Assembly: GCA_036381125.1 (NCBI GenBank)
Contig: DASVDK010000141.1
Coordinates: 1 to 50,601, forward strand
Origin: Thermodesulfobacteriota bacterium
Lineage (GTDB): Bacteria; DASVDK01
Reading direction: 5' to 3'
DNA: 50,601 bases
Both the position numbers and the translations under genes were made by a program. Shown here piece by piece: positions 1 through 10,110 of the stretch. Under the pieces are notes generated by a model. That model was not told the origin of the DNA. It worked only from the letters and a program-made list of their open reading frames with translations, and ran no database searches. Numbering within the stretch: position 1 is the stretch's first letter; each line of letters opens with the position of its first letter.

Positions 1-623
1 AGATCTTCGGCGAGCGGACCGGCACGCCGGACGTCGCCCTCATGCTCGCGGCGAAGAACCTGCGGGTGATCCACGTCACCTCGCACGTCTCCCTCCGGGG
101 GGCCATCGACGCCCTGTCGGTGCCTCGCATCGTGACCACGGTTCGCCTGGCCGATCGGACGTGCCGCCTCCTGGGCGTTGCCAGACCGCGCGTGGCCGTG
201 GCGGGACTCAACCCCCACAACGGCGAGCATGGGCTCTTCGGGGACGAGGAGGGCCGGATCATCGAGCCGGCGGTCGCGGCGGCCCGGGCCGAGGGCCTCG
301 ACGCGGAAGGGCCCATCGCCCCGGACACCGTCTTCCACAAGGCGCTCGAGTTCCGTCAGTACGACATCGTGGTCTGCATGTACCACGACCAGGGTCACAT
401 CCCGTTCAAGACGCTCAACTTCGACTCGGGGGTGAACGTGACCGCCGGCCTGCCGATCGTGCGGACCTCGGTCGACCACGGCACCGCCTTCGACATCGCC
501 GGCCGGGGGCTGGCCAGGGCCGACAGCATGGCCGAGGCCATCCTGATGGCGGGTGAGATGGCGCGTGCGCGCGCCGCGGCGGCGCGCCCGGGGGGCGTCA
601 GAGGACCATCGCCAGCACGCTGA
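1..623 (+). CDS. pdxA: 4-hydroxythreonine-4-phosphate dehydrogenase family protein (PdxA/PdxA2), 5' truncated by window edge
   Basis: Motifs HVTSHVSL, GLNPHNGE, MYHDQG, GVNVTAGLPIVRTSVDHGTAFDIAG; frame is open to the window start. Sugar-acid context is compatible with PdxA2. Confidence 0.93.
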   Translation, partial: IFGERTGTPDVALMLAAKNLRVIHVTSHVSLRGAIDALSVPRIVTTVRLADRTCRLLGVARPRVAVAGLNPHNGEHGLFGDEEGRIIEPAVAAARAEGLDAEGPIAPDTVFHKALEFRQYDIVVCMYHDQGHIPFKTLNFDSGVNVTAGLPIVRTSVDHGTAFDIAGRGLARADSMAEAILMAGEMARARAAAARPGGVRGPSPAR

Positions 624-741
624 CGGCGAGGATGAGGCCGAAGGAGAGCGGCAGGGCGTCGGAGGCCTGGCCAGGGGGGATCCTCACGGGCACCTCCGGC
701 GGCTCCGGGTGCAAGGGACCTGCCGGACCGCGGGGGGTGCC

Positions 742-1764
742 CTACCCTCGATGCGCGGTCGCGCCGATCCGGCGCCTGGCCGCGGCGGCCACCGACGCCC
801 CGGCCAGGACGGCGCCCGCGAGCGCGAGCGGCAGCCCCATGCGGCGCGCCGCGACCAGGGGGAGCGCGCTCCCACGCGACGCGGCATGCGGCGTGCGGGC
901 CGCGCGGCAGGCCGCCGCCCGCGGCACCTCGAAGGCGAACGTCTCGCCGCGCCGCAGGACGACCACCCGGTCGCGCAGCCCCGCGGCCTCGGCCGCCCGG
1001 AGGAAGTCGACCAGCGGGCTCTTGAAGACCGTGTAGTCGTCGTAGTGGATCGGGATGGCGACCTCGGGTCGGACGATCCGTACCGCCTCGACCCCCTGCC
1101 CGTCGTCCATCGTGACCAGGACGCCGAGCACCCGGGTGCCGCCGAGGTGCAGGAGCGCGAGGTCGATGCCCGGGACGCGGCGCGGGATCTCGTACAGGTC
1201 GTCGTGGACGAGCGTGTCGCCCGAGATGTAGAGCCGCAGGCGCCGCAGGCCGGCCACGTCCTGGAAGTCGAGGAGGCTCCCCATCACCTCGGGCAGGAGG
1301 CGCGAGACGAGCGGGGGCCCGTGCCGCCCCGGCAGCGCCGTCACCCGAAGCGTCGCCGGGCCCCTGGCGACGCACGCCGACTCCCAGCGCCGCAGGGGGA
1401 GCGCGCGCCGGAAGCCCCGGCGGCTCAGGTAGGCCGCCGCCTCCGGCGTGGTCAGGATCGGCACCTGCCGGTCGAGCCTGGCCTCGGCGATCCGGTCGAA
1501 GTGGTCGCCATGGAGGTGGGAGAGGACGACCAGGTCGATCGGTGGGAGGTCCTCGATCTCGAGCGCCGGGTCGGTGAGCCGCCTCGCCACGAGCCCGTAG
1601 CCCAGGTGCACGTGGTCGCCGGCGTGGAGGAAGTTCGGGTCGGTGAGGACCGTGAAGCCGGCGCATCGGATCAGGACCGTTGCCGTGCCCACGAAGAAGA
1701 CGCTTCCCCGTCCGGTCTCCGGCGGCTCGCCGTCGGGGAGCTGGAGGCGATGGCGGTCCCCCAT
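742..1764 (-). CDS. MBL-fold metallo-hydrolase with C-terminal hydrophobic segment
   Basis: LTDPNF, LSHLHGDH, ISGDT, IPIHYDD motifs; start placed at ATG 1764 (uncertain). Confidence 0.85.
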   Translation of the reverse strand: MGDRHRLQLPDGEPPETGRGSVFFVGTATVLIRCAGFTVLTDPNFLHAGDHVHLGYGLVARRLTDPALEIEDLPPIDLVVLSHLHGDHFDRIAEARLDRQVPILTTPEAAAYLSRRGFRRALPLRRWESACVARGPATLRVTALPGRHGPPLVSRLLPEVMGSLLDFQDVAGLRRLRLYISGDTLVHDDLYEIPRRVPGIDLALLHLGGTRVLGVLVTMDDGQGVEAVRIVRPEVAIPIHYDDYTVFKSPLVDFLRAAEAAGLRDRVVVLRRGETFAFEVPRAAACRAARTPHAASRGSALPLVAARRMGLPLALAGAVLAGASVAAAARRRIGATAHRG

Positions 1765-1834
1765 GGCGTCGCCGGTAGCAAGAGCGACGCCGATCCCCCG
1801 GTCATGACCGGCTCGCCGCCGGAGCGTCCACACC

Positions 1835-2800
1835 CTACTCCCCGATCCCCCGCTGCCCCCGGTTCTTGATGGCCACCGCGCGCGTGATCCCGCCGCTGCC
1901 GTCGACGATCTTCGCGTTCAGCGAGACGTAGAACGCGCCGCGGGCCGGCAGGCGGCCGACGTTGATCACCTGCTCGTCCCAGGTCATCCCGTACTTGAGC
2001 CCGGCCACGTGGGTCGGCTGGCCGCCCTCGACGTAGCCCATGCTGGGGCTGTCGATGGCGAGGTGCTGGATCCCTTTCGAGTGGAGGTACTCCATCGTCT
2101 CGGGCGAGGGGGCCGGCCAGCCGGGCGCGCTCTTGAGGATGAGCGGCTCGAAGGCCAGGCGGTTGCCCTCCGGGAAGGGCTTGTAGTACCGGTCGGTGTA
2201 GCCCGAGTGGAAGACGACGATCTCGCCCGGCTGGAGGGCGCCGTTCGCCGCCTCCCAGTCCTGCACCATCTTCGGCGTGATGACCGGGCTCTTGCCGTTG
2301 TCGGCCTGATCGAGGATCGCCCGCACGTCGATCACCGCGGCCGGCCCCATCCACCGGGCCGGATCGACCTTGTCGCAGGTGGTGAGCCCCACGGGGCTCT
2401 CGAACGGCATGCCGCTGCCGGGCGGCGGGATGAAGTGCGCGGGGCAGTCGGTCTGCGTGCCGGTGTGGTCGTCGATCACGACCCGCTGGCCGTAGTACGG
2501 GAAGACGCTCTGGGCGAGGTTGTCGCCGTACGCCCCCTTGACCGGCTTGAACCAGTTGAAGGTCCACCGCTGGAACGGCGCGTGGGCCGGCCAGTGGGCC
2601 GGCATCTGCTCGGAGATGAGGACCGTCAGGTCCACCACCTCCGCCTCCTTCATCGCGTCGGCCATCATCTGGCCGACGCTGGCCCCCTGGGCGAGGGCCG
2701 CCCCCGGGCCCGTCCTCGTGCTGCTCCCGGCGACCCACCCGAGCCCCAGAGCGACGACGACGAGGCATCCGACGAGAGTCCTGCGGAGCGACGAGCGCAT
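1835..2800 (-). CDS. Cyclase family (kynurenine formamidase-like) protein with N-terminal signal peptide
   Basis: VVDLT, HTGTQTDCPAHF, GPAAVIDV, AIDSPS, GSGGITRAVA motifs; basic plus hydrophobic N-terminus. Confidence 0.85.
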   Translation of the reverse strand: MRSSLRRTLVGCLVVVALGLGWVAGSSTRTGPGAALAQGASVGQMMADAMKEAEVVDLTVLISEQMPAHWPAHAPFQRWTFNWFKPVKGAYGDNLAQSVFPYYGQRVVIDDHTGTQTDCPAHFIPPPGSGMPFESPVGLTTCDKVDPARWMGPAAVIDVRAILDQADNGKSPVITPKMVQDWEAANGALQPGEIVVFHSGYTDRYYKPFPEGNRLAFEPLILKSAPGWPAPSPETMEYLHSKGIQHLAIDSPSMGYVEGGQPTHVAGLKYGMTWDEQVINVGRLPARGAFYVSLNAKIVDGSGGITRAVAIKNRGQRGIGE

Positions 2801-2812
2801 GACAGCTTCCCC

Positions 2813-3640
2813 CTAGTCCTTCAGCGCGCCGGACAGCCCGGCGACGTAGTACTCGACGAAGAAGAAGTAGAGGATGACGACCGGCAGGCAGCCGAGCAGG
2901 GCGCCGGCCATGAGCGGCCCCCACTGGTAGAGGTCCCCGCGTACGAGTTCCGTCGCGAGGCCGACCGGAACGGTCTTGAGTTCGGGCGAGGACATGAAGA
3001 CGAGGGCGTAGAGGTACTCGTTCCACGAGAGCGTGAAGCAGAAGATGACGGCCGAGATGAGCCCCGGCACGCTGAGCGGCAGGACGATGGTCGTCATGAT
3101 CCGCAGCCGCCCCGCCCCGTCCACGTAGGCCGCCTCCTCCAGCTCCTTCGGGATGCTCTTCAGGTAGCCGATGAGGAGCCACGTGGAGAACGGGATCAGG
3201 AACGTCGTGTACACCGGGATCAGCGACCAGAGGCGGTTGAACATGCCCAGCTTGAGCAGGATGTCGGCCAGCGGAATGAAGAGGATGGCCGGCGGGATCA
3301 GGTACGCCATGTAGATCCCGATGCCGACCGTCTCGTCCCCCCGGAAGCGGACGCGGGCGATCGCGTACGCCGCGAGGTAGCTCGCGAAGACGCTCACCAC
3401 GGTCGCCCCGACGGAGACGAACATGGTGTTCCAGAACCAGCGCGGGTAGCGCGTCTGGGTGAGCAGGTACCGGATGTGCTCGAGCGTCGGGTTCACGACG
3501 ATGAAGGGGTTGGCCGTCACGCTCACCAGCTCGTTGTTCGGCTTGAGCGACGTGAGCAGCATCCAGTAGAACGGGAACAGCAGGAAGACGACGAAGGCGC
3601 CGAGCGGCACGTAGAGGGTGAGCCAGCGGCGGGCGGTCAT
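2813..3640 (-). CDS. Carbohydrate ABC transporter permease (MalG-like)
   Basis: EAA motif ELEEAAYVDGA, SWNEYLYA, multiple TM segments. Confidence 0.95.
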   Translation of the reverse strand: MTARRWLTLYVPLGAFVVFLLFPFYWMLLTSLKPNNELVSVTANPFIVVNPTLEHIRYLLTQTRYPRWFWNTMFVSVGATVVSVFASYLAAYAIARVRFRGDETVGIGIYMAYLIPPAILFIPLADILLKLGMFNRLWSLIPVYTTFLIPFSTWLLIGYLKSIPKELEEAAYVDGAGRLRIMTTIVLPLSVPGLISAVIFCFTLSWNEYLYALVFMSSPELKTVPVGLATELVRGDLYQWGPLMAGALLGCLPVVILYFFFVEYYVAGLSGALKD

Positions 3641-3641
3641 G

Positions 3642-4541
3642 TCACATCTGCCTCCGCAGCGCCCGAAGGGCTGCCCACGCGAGGATCAGCAGGAGCGGCA
3701 GCGTGAAGCCGGCGATCGCCGCCCCCTCGCTCATCGCGCCGCCCGGGATCGCCCGCTGGTAGGCGAGCGTGACGAAGAGGTGCGTCGCGTTGGCCGGCCC
3801 GCCGCGCGTGATCGTCCAGATGAGCTGGAAGTCGGTGAAGGTGAAGATCGTCGAGAAGACCGTCAGGATCGTCGTGAGCGGGATCAGGAGCACCCAGGTG
3901 ATGCTCCAGAACTGCTGCCACCTCGAGGCGCCGTCGATCTCCGCGGCCTCGTAGAGGTCCTTCGGGATCGCGGCGAGCCCCGCGAGGTACCCCACCGTGA
4001 AGAAGGGGATCCCCCGCCAGATGTTGGCGACGATCAGCGACCAGCGGGCGGGCCAGGCGTCGCCGAGGAAGTTGATGCCGCGGTCGAGGATGCCGAGCCT
4101 GAGCAGGCTCCAGTTGATGAAGCTGAAGCTCGGGTCGAGGATCCACCACCAGGCGAAGGCCGAGAGCACGGTCGGCACGATGTAGGGCAGGAGCAGCACC
4201 GACCGCCAGAAGCGGTACCCCGCGAACTTCTGGTTCAGCAGGATCGCGAGCCAGAGCCCGAGCGCGAGCTTGAAGACGACCGTCACGCCGGTGTACAGGG
4301 CGGTGTTGAAGGCGGTGACCCTGAGCACGGGGTCCGTGAGCAGGTACTGGTAGTTCTCGAGGCCGACGAAGACCCCGGGAGAGCCGATGGTGCTGTCCTT
4401 GAAGCCCAGCCAGACGCCGAGCACGAGCGGGTAGGCGAGGAACGCGCCCAGGAGGATGGCGGTCGGCGCCATGAGCATCGGCCCGAGCCACCCGCGCCGG
4501 TCGACGCCGCCCGACACCCGCGCCATGAACCCCGGCTTCAC
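3642..4541 (-). CDS. Carbohydrate ABC transporter permease (MalF-like)
   Basis: DLYEAAEIDGAS motif, GLENY, TRGGPANAT; GTG start with GGAGG RBS. Confidence 0.95.
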   Translation of the reverse strand: MKPGFMARVSGGVDRRGWLGPMLMAPTAILLGAFLAYPLVLGVWLGFKDSTIGSPGVFVGLENYQYLLTDPVLRVTAFNTALYTGVTVVFKLALGLWLAILLNQKFAGYRFWRSVLLLPYIVPTVLSAFAWWWILDPSFSFINWSLLRLGILDRGINFLGDAWPARWSLIVANIWRGIPFFTVGYLAGLAAIPKDLYEAAEIDGASRWQQFWSITWVLLIPLTTILTVFSTIFTFTDFQLIWTITRGGPANATHLFVTLAYQRAIPGGAMSEGAAIAGFTLPLLLILAWAALRALRRQM

Positions 4542-4560
4542 TCGTGTCGCCTCCAGAGAT

Positions 4561-4595
4561 GCGCGGGGGGGCGGCCTCGGGCCGTCCCCCCGTGC
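4561..4595. other. GC-rich stem-loop between substrate-binding and permease genes (possible mRNA stabiliser or attenuator)
   Basis: GCGCGGGGGGGCGGCC-TCG-GGCCGTCCCCCCGTGC inverted repeat; no clear U-tract. Confidence 0.45.
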
Positions 4596-4689
4596 GTTCG
4601 GTCCCGTGTGAGCGAAACGCCGCCGCCCCGGCGCCGCGCCCGGGTACCCGTCGGCCCTGCGATCGCGAGGGCGGACGGGTGTTCGGCCG

Positions 4690-6012
4690 CTACCGGTAGA
4701 TCCGGCGCAGCCGCGTCTCGGCCCGCCGGGCGGCGTCCTTCGCGCTCATCCGGTTCGCCGTGGCGTCGGCGAACATGTCGACGACGATGAACTCCGCGAG
4801 CGCCGCGGCCGCCTTCTGGCCCGGCGCGCCGGCGTACCCGTTGTGGAGCGCCCGGTCGAGGCCGTCGCGGAACGGCGTCGCCTTCGGGTCCCTGGTCCAG
4901 ACGGGGTTGTTCTTGAACGACTTGAGCGCCGGCGTGACGTAGCCGTTCATCGCCTCGACCCACGGGTTGGCCTGCGGGGCGTCGAGCATGAAGTCGATGT
5001 ACGCCTTGGCCGCGTTGGGGTAGGCCGAGTGCTTGAAGATGAACGCCTGCGTGAAGAGGTGCAGCTCGGTGTGCCGGCCGCTCCTGCCCTTCGGGAACGC
5101 CGCGTGGTTCATGTCCTCGGCGATCTGCGGGAAGTCCTTCTTGGCCGCGTAGTAGATGCTGATGCCGTTGTTGGTGACGGAGATCTCGCCCGCCAGGAAC
5201 GCGCGGTTGTTGTTCGGGTCGAGCCAGGACCCGGCGCCCGGCGCGAACTGCTCGTACAGCTCCTTCGCGTACTCGAGGGCGTCCCAGGTCGGCTGCTGGT
5301 TGATGGCGATGGTCTTCGTGTCGGCCTCGACCGCCTTGCCCCCGAAGCTCCAGAGCAGCCAGTGCGTCCACACGTTGCCGTCGCCGACCGCCCGGCCGAG
5401 CGGGAACCCGATGGGGTGGTTCCTCGCCTTGAGCCCCTTCGCGAGCCGCATGAAGCCGTCGAGGTCGTCGGGGAAGGTGTCGAAGCCGGCCTCCTTCATC
5501 CAGGAGACGCGGTAGTTGAGGCAGCCGATCGGCGAGCCGATGGGGACCGCGATCCAGCGCTTCTGCGCCTCGCTGTAGCCGTAGGTGCGCGCCACGTCGT
5601 ACCACCCGCCGAGCCGCTTGCCGAGCCCCTCGGCGACGTCGGACACGTCGACGAGGCTGTTCGGGTAGATGTGCGGGTCGTCGTACCAGCCCATGACGAT
5701 GTCCGGGCCGGAGCCGAGGTTGGCCGCGAGCGCCGCCTTGGGCCGCACGTCCTCCCACGTGATGTACTCGACCGCCACGCCGACGCCGGTCTGATCGGTG
5801 AACTTCTTCGTGTGAGCGTTCCAGACCTCCTCGTCCGACTTGACGAAGCCCGACCACCGGAGCAGACGCAGGTTCGCGCCCGGTTCGGGCTTGAACGGAC
5901 CCTGGGCCATCCCCTGGGCGTGGGCGCGCGTGGCGAAGATCCGGCTGCCGAGGCTCGCCCCGGCAAGGCCGGCGCCCCACCCGAGGACCGTGCGCCTGGT
6001 GACGTGTCGCAT
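4690..6012 (-). CDS. Carbohydrate ABC transporter substrate-binding protein with Tat signal
   Basis: TRRTVL twin-arginine signal, SGPDIV, DPNNNRAFLAGEISVTNNGISIY; ATG 6012 follows GGAGG. Confidence 0.92.
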   Translation of the reverse strand: MRHVTRRTVLGWGAGLAGASLGSRIFATRAHAQGMAQGPFKPEPGANLRLLRWSGFVKSDEEVWNAHTKKFTDQTGVGVAVEYITWEDVRPKAALAANLGSGPDIVMGWYDDPHIYPNSLVDVSDVAEGLGKRLGGWYDVARTYGYSEAQKRWIAVPIGSPIGCLNYRVSWMKEAGFDTFPDDLDGFMRLAKGLKARNHPIGFPLGRAVGDGNVWTHWLLWSFGGKAVEADTKTIAINQQPTWDALEYAKELYEQFAPGAGSWLDPNNNRAFLAGEISVTNNGISIYYAAKKDFPQIAEDMNHAAFPKGRSGRHTELHLFTQAFIFKHSAYPNAAKAYIDFMLDAPQANPWVEAMNGYVTPALKSFKNNPVWTRDPKATPFRDGLDRALHNGYAGAPGQKAAAALAEFIVVDMFADATANRMSAKDAARRAETRLRRIYR

Positions 6013-6139
6013 CACAGCCTCCTCCATTGCGAACTACGTTCTGGAACCTCCGAAGCATTGTTATGCGCGCCCGCGACCGCTGTCAACAACGCCAGGCGCT
6101 GCGCTACCCTGGTCGCCTGGCACAAGGGAGGTGGCTGAC

Positions 6140-6889
6140 ATGGCGGAGATGCGGGAGCGGGTTGCGCTCGTGACCGGGGGGTCGCGGGGGATCGGGCGGG
6201 CGATCGCGGAGCGGCTGGCGGCGCGAGGCGTGCGGCTGGCCATCGCCAACCGCGATCCCGGGCCGGCGGTGGACGAGCTGCGGCGCGAGGGGATCGAGGC
6301 GCTGGCCGTGCCGACCGACCTCGCCGTCGACGACCCTGCGGCGGCGGTCGAGCGGACCGTGACGCACTACGGGCGGATCGACATCCTGATCCACTCCGCC
6401 GGCACCAACATCCGGAAGCCGGCCCTCGAGTTCACGCTCGAGGAGTGGCGGCGGATCCAGCGCCTCAACGTCGAGGCGGCGTTCGTGGCCGCCCAGGCGG
6501 CGGCGCGCCACATGCTCCCCCGCCGGTGGGGCCGCGTCGTCTTCGTGGCGTCCATCATGTCCTTCCACGGCGGCCTGCCGGCGGTGCCGATCACCGCGTA
6601 CACCACGAGCAAGGCGGCGCTCCTCGGCCTCACGCGCGGCCTCGCCAAGGAATGGGCGGCGGCCGGCGTGACGGTGAACGCGCTCTGCCCCGGCTACACG
6701 CGGACCGAGTTCACGGCGGCCGTCCAAAAGAACCCGGCCCTCGACGAGGCGATCACGCGCCGCATCCCGGCCGGCCGCTGGGCCGAGCCGGACGACGTCG
6801 GCGAGGCCGGCGCCTTCCTCTGCTCCGACCAAGCCGGGTACATCACCGGTCAGAGCCTCGTCATCGACGGCGGCTTCCTCGTGAACTAG
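6140..6889 (+). CDS. Short-chain dehydrogenase/reductase, KduD-like
   Basis: TGGSRGIG, YTTSK catalytic motif, GRWAEPDD, IDGG; GGAGG RBS before ATG 6140. Confidence 0.9.
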   Translation: MAEMRERVALVTGGSRGIGRAIAERLAARGVRLAIANRDPGPAVDELRREGIEALAVPTDLAVDDPAAAVERTVTHYGRIDILIHSAGTNIRKPALEFTLEEWRRIQRLNVEAAFVAAQAAARHMLPRRWGRVVFVASIMSFHGGLPAVPITAYTTSKAALLGLTRGLAKEWAAAGVTVNALCPGYTRTEFTAAVQKNPALDEAITRRIPAGRWAEPDDVGEAGAFLCSDQAGYITGQSLVIDGGFLVN

Positions 6890-7251
6890 ACGGGCCCGGC
6901 CGTCTCGCGGCGCACGCGTCGACCGCGACGACGGGCTTCGCCGGCCGGCCGAGCAGACGCCGGCACGTTCACGCGTCCTGGCCGGTGCCGCGCGAGGAGC
7001 GGCGGCGGTGCTGCTCGAGCCGTGCATCGGCCTCGGCGGCGTCCGCGGCCGCCTGGTCGGTGCCTCCCGCCCGGTCGAGGCCACGTCGGCGCGTGGTCCC
7101 CAGGGGCCGGCGCCGGCGCGGCGCTTTACACCCGGGGCCCCCCGTGATAGCCTCGGCGCCAACTCACCTGCTGCACGCCGGCTCGCCCCCCGCACTGCGC
7201 GTCGTGGGGGGCGCTGCCGATCACGAACCCATCTCGCCGACGGAGGTGCGC

Positions 7252-8985
7252 GTGACGACGCGTGCCCTGAGAAGCCGCACCTGGTTCGGGCGCACGGACC
7301 TCGACGGCTTCATCCACCGCTCCTGGCTCAAGACCGAGGGCTTCAGCGATGTCCTCTTCGACGGGCGCCCCGTCGTCGGCATCGCCAACTCCTGGTCCGA
7401 AATGACCAACTGCAACGCCCACCTGCGCCAGGTGGCCGACGCGGTGAAGCGGGGGGTCCTCTCGGCCGGCGGCTTCCCGCTCGAGTTCCCCACGATCTCG
7501 CTCGGCGAAGTCCTCATGAAGCCGACGACGATGCTCTTCCGCAACCTCATGGCGATGGACGTGGAGGAGTGCATCCGGGCCTACCCGATGGACTCGGTGG
7601 TGCTCCTGTCGGGCTGCGACAAGACGACGCCGGCCATGCTAATGGGGGCGATCTCCGCCGACATCCCGTCGATCATGCTCACGGGCGGCCCGATGCTCCG
7701 GGGGGAGTGGCGGGGCGAGCGGCTCGGCTCGGGGACCGACGCCTGGCGCCTCTGGGCGGAGCGGCGGGCCGGGAACCTGACCGACGAGGAGCTGTCGGAG
7801 GCCGAGAGCTGCATGCATCGCTCGGCCGGGCACTGCATGGTCATGGGCACCGCGTCCACCATGGCCTCGGTCGTCGAGGCGCTCGGCATGACGCTGCCCG
7901 GCAACGCGGCCGTCCCCGCCCCCGATTCGCGGCGGCTGCGACTGGCCGAGCTGACCGGCCGCCGGGCCGTGGAGCTGGCGCTCGCCGGCGGGCCCCGCCC
8001 CTCGGAGATCCTCACGTCCCGGGCGTTCGACAACGCCATCCGGGCGCTCCACGCCATCGGCGGGAGCACCAACGCGGTCATCCACCTCATGGCCTTCGCC
8101 GGCCGGCTCGGCCTGCCGCTCCGGCTCGAGCGGTTCGACGAGCTGTCGCGCACGACCCCCTTCCTCGTGAACCTGAAGCCGTCCGGCACCTACCTCATGG
8201 AGGACTTCTACTACGCCGGCGGCCTGCCCGCGGTGCTGAACGAGCTGATGCCGCTCCTCCACGGCGACGCGCTCACGGTCAACGGCAAGACGATCGCCGA
8301 GAACAACGCCGGTTCGCGCTGCCACAACCGCGACGTCATCCGGCCGCTCGCCGAGCCGCTCGGCGCCGAAGGCGGGCTCGTCGTCCTCTTCGGCAACCTC
8401 TGCCCCGACGGCGCCATCCTCAAGCAGTCGGCCGCCTCGCCGCACCTCCTGCGCCACCGCGGCAAGGCGGTGGTGTTCGCGGACCACGCCGACCTGCACC
8501 GCCGCATCGACGACCCGAACCTCCCCGTCGACGCGCGTTCGGTGCTCGTGTTGCAGCACGCAGGGCCCAAGGGGGCACCCGGCATGCCCGAGTGGGGGGC
8601 GGCGCCGATTCCCAGGCGCCTCCTCGAGCAGGGGGTGCGCGACATGGTTCGCATCTCGGACGCCCGGATGAGCGGCACCTCCTACGGGACGGTGGTGCTG
8701 CACGTGGCGCCCGAGTCGGCCGTGGGCGGCCCCCTGGCCCTCGTGAAGGACGGCGACGAGATCGAGCTGGACGTGCCGGGCCGGACGCTCACGCTGCGGG
8801 TCCCCGAAGAGGAGCTGGCGCGGCGGCGAGCCGCCTGGCGGCCGCGCCCACCCCGCTTCACGCGCGGCTACGGGCACCTCTTCCTCGAGCACGTGCTCCA
8901 GGCGAACGAGGGCGCCGACTTCGACTTCCTCAAGGGACGGACGCCGGTGAAGCCCGAAGACACGGCCGGCCCGTCGCACTCGTAG
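7252..8985 (+). CDS. IlvD/Edd-family sugar-acid dehydratase (L-arabonate/pentonate dehydratase-like)
   Basis: CNAHL, MLFRNLMAMDVEE, GCDKT, GHCMVMGTAST, GGSTN, SDARMSGTSYG; GTG 7252 after GGAGG. Confidence 0.92.
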   Translation: MTTRALRSRTWFGRTDLDGFIHRSWLKTEGFSDVLFDGRPVVGIANSWSEMTNCNAHLRQVADAVKRGVLSAGGFPLEFPTISLGEVLMKPTTMLFRNLMAMDVEECIRAYPMDSVVLLSGCDKTTPAMLMGAISADIPSIMLTGGPMLRGEWRGERLGSGTDAWRLWAERRAGNLTDEELSEAESCMHRSAGHCMVMGTASTMASVVEALGMTLPGNAAVPAPDSRRLRLAELTGRRAVELALAGGPRPSEILTSRAFDNAIRALHAIGGSTNAVIHLMAFAGRLGLPLRLERFDELSRTTPFLVNLKPSGTYLMEDFYYAGGLPAVLNELMPLLHGDALTVNGKTIAENNAGSRCHNRDVIRPLAEPLGAEGGLVVLFGNLCPDGAILKQSAASPHLLRHRGKAVVFADHADLHRRIDDPNLPVDARSVLVLQHAGPKGAPGMPEWGAAPIPRRLLEQGVRDMVRISDARMSGTSYGTVVLHVAPESAVGGPLALVKDGDEIELDVPGRTLTLRVPEEELARRRAAWRPRPPRFTRGYGHLFLEHVLQANEGADFDFLKGRTPVKPEDTAGPSHS

Positions 8986-8995
8986 GCCGGGCGCC

Positions 8996-10027
8996 GTGCC
9001 GGTCGTCACCATCGGCGAGGCGATGGTGTCCCTGGTGCCGCTCGCGTCCGGGCCCCTGCGGCACGTGCGAACGTTCGACAAGCACGTGGGCGGCGCCGAG
9101 TTCAACACGGCGGTGGCGCTCGCGCGGCTCGGCACCCCCTCGCGCTGGGTGAGCCGCGTCGGCGAGGACGAGTTCGGGCTCGAGATCGTCCGCACGGCCC
9201 GGGCGGAGGGGGTGGACGTCACGTTCGTCCGCGCCGACCCCGAGGCGCCGACCGGCGTCTACTTCCGCGAGTACGGCGGCCCGGCCGGCACCCGCGTCTT
9301 CTACTACCGCCGCGGCTCGGCCGCCTCCCGCATGACGCCGGACGACCTCGACGGCGCCTTCGCCGACGCGACGGCGCTCCACGTCTCGGGCATCACCCCC
9401 GCCCTCTCGGCCTCCTGCCGCGACACGGCGCTCGCGGCGGTGCGGCTCGCCCGCGAGGCGAAGGTGCCGGTGAGCGTCGATCCGAACATCCGGCGCAAGC
9501 TCGTCGCGGCCGCCGACGTGCAGCGGCTCCTGCGGCCCCTCGCCGACGCCGCGGACGTCCTCGTCGCGGGCGAGGAGGAGCTCGAGGCGCTCTACGGCGC
9601 CGGCCACGCCATCGCCGTCGACCCGAGCGGCGTCGCCGGCGCCGACTTCGCCGACACCGACGAGGCGCACCTCGCCCGCCTGTACCCCCTCCTCGAGCGG
9701 ACGCGCGCGGCCGGCCCGGCCGTCGTCGTCTGCAAGCTCGGCCTCGACGGCGCAGTCGCCTGCTCGGCGGACGGCCTGGTCGCGCAGTCGGCCCTCCCCT
9801 GCCCCGAGGTCGTCGATCCCATCGGCGCGGGCGACGGCTTCGATGCGGGCTTCCTGCACGTCTGGCTCGAGTCGCGGAACGTGGCCGAGGCGCTCCGGTG
9901 GGGGGTGGTGGTTGGGGCCTGCGCCGTCGCCGTGCGCGGCGACTTCGAGGGCTACCCCGACGCCGCCCGCGCCGCCGCCCTGGTGGCGCGCCTCTCGGCC
10001 GCGCGGCCCGTCGACGTCGAGCGCTGA
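8996..10027 (+). CDS. kdgK: PfkB-family sugar kinase, 2-keto-3-deoxygluconate kinase-like
   Basis: GGAEFNTA, VFYYRRGSAAS, SGIT, DPNIR, DPIGAGDGF; follows the dehydratase. Confidence 0.8.
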   Translation: MPVVTIGEAMVSLVPLASGPLRHVRTFDKHVGGAEFNTAVALARLGTPSRWVSRVGEDEFGLEIVRTARAEGVDVTFVRADPEAPTGVYFREYGGPAGTRVFYYRRGSAASRMTPDDLDGAFADATALHVSGITPALSASCRDTALAAVRLAREAKVPVSVDPNIRRKLVAAADVQRLLRPLADAADVLVAGEEELEALYGAGHAIAVDPSGVAGADFADTDEAHLARLYPLLERTRAAGPAVVVCKLGLDGAVACSADGLVAQSALPCPEVVDPIGAGDGFDAGFLHVWLESRNVAEALRWGVVVGACAVAVRGDFEGYPDAARAAALVARLSAARPVDVER

Positions 10028-10029
10028 CC

Positions 10030-10098
10030 GGGGTCAGGTCTTTCCATTTTCCCGCGGAAAGGGTTGAAGCCTGGACCCGCTGGTAGAGACCTGACCTC
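10030..10098. repeat. REP-like intergenic element (GGGGTCAGGTCT ... AGACCTGACC inverted pair)
   Basis: 10030-10052 is the exact reverse complement of 23 bp of the unit duplicated at 29067-29115; partial inverted partner at 10087-10096; lies between convergent genes. Confidence 0.7.
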
Positions 10099-10110
10099 GG
10101 GCGGCGCGGG

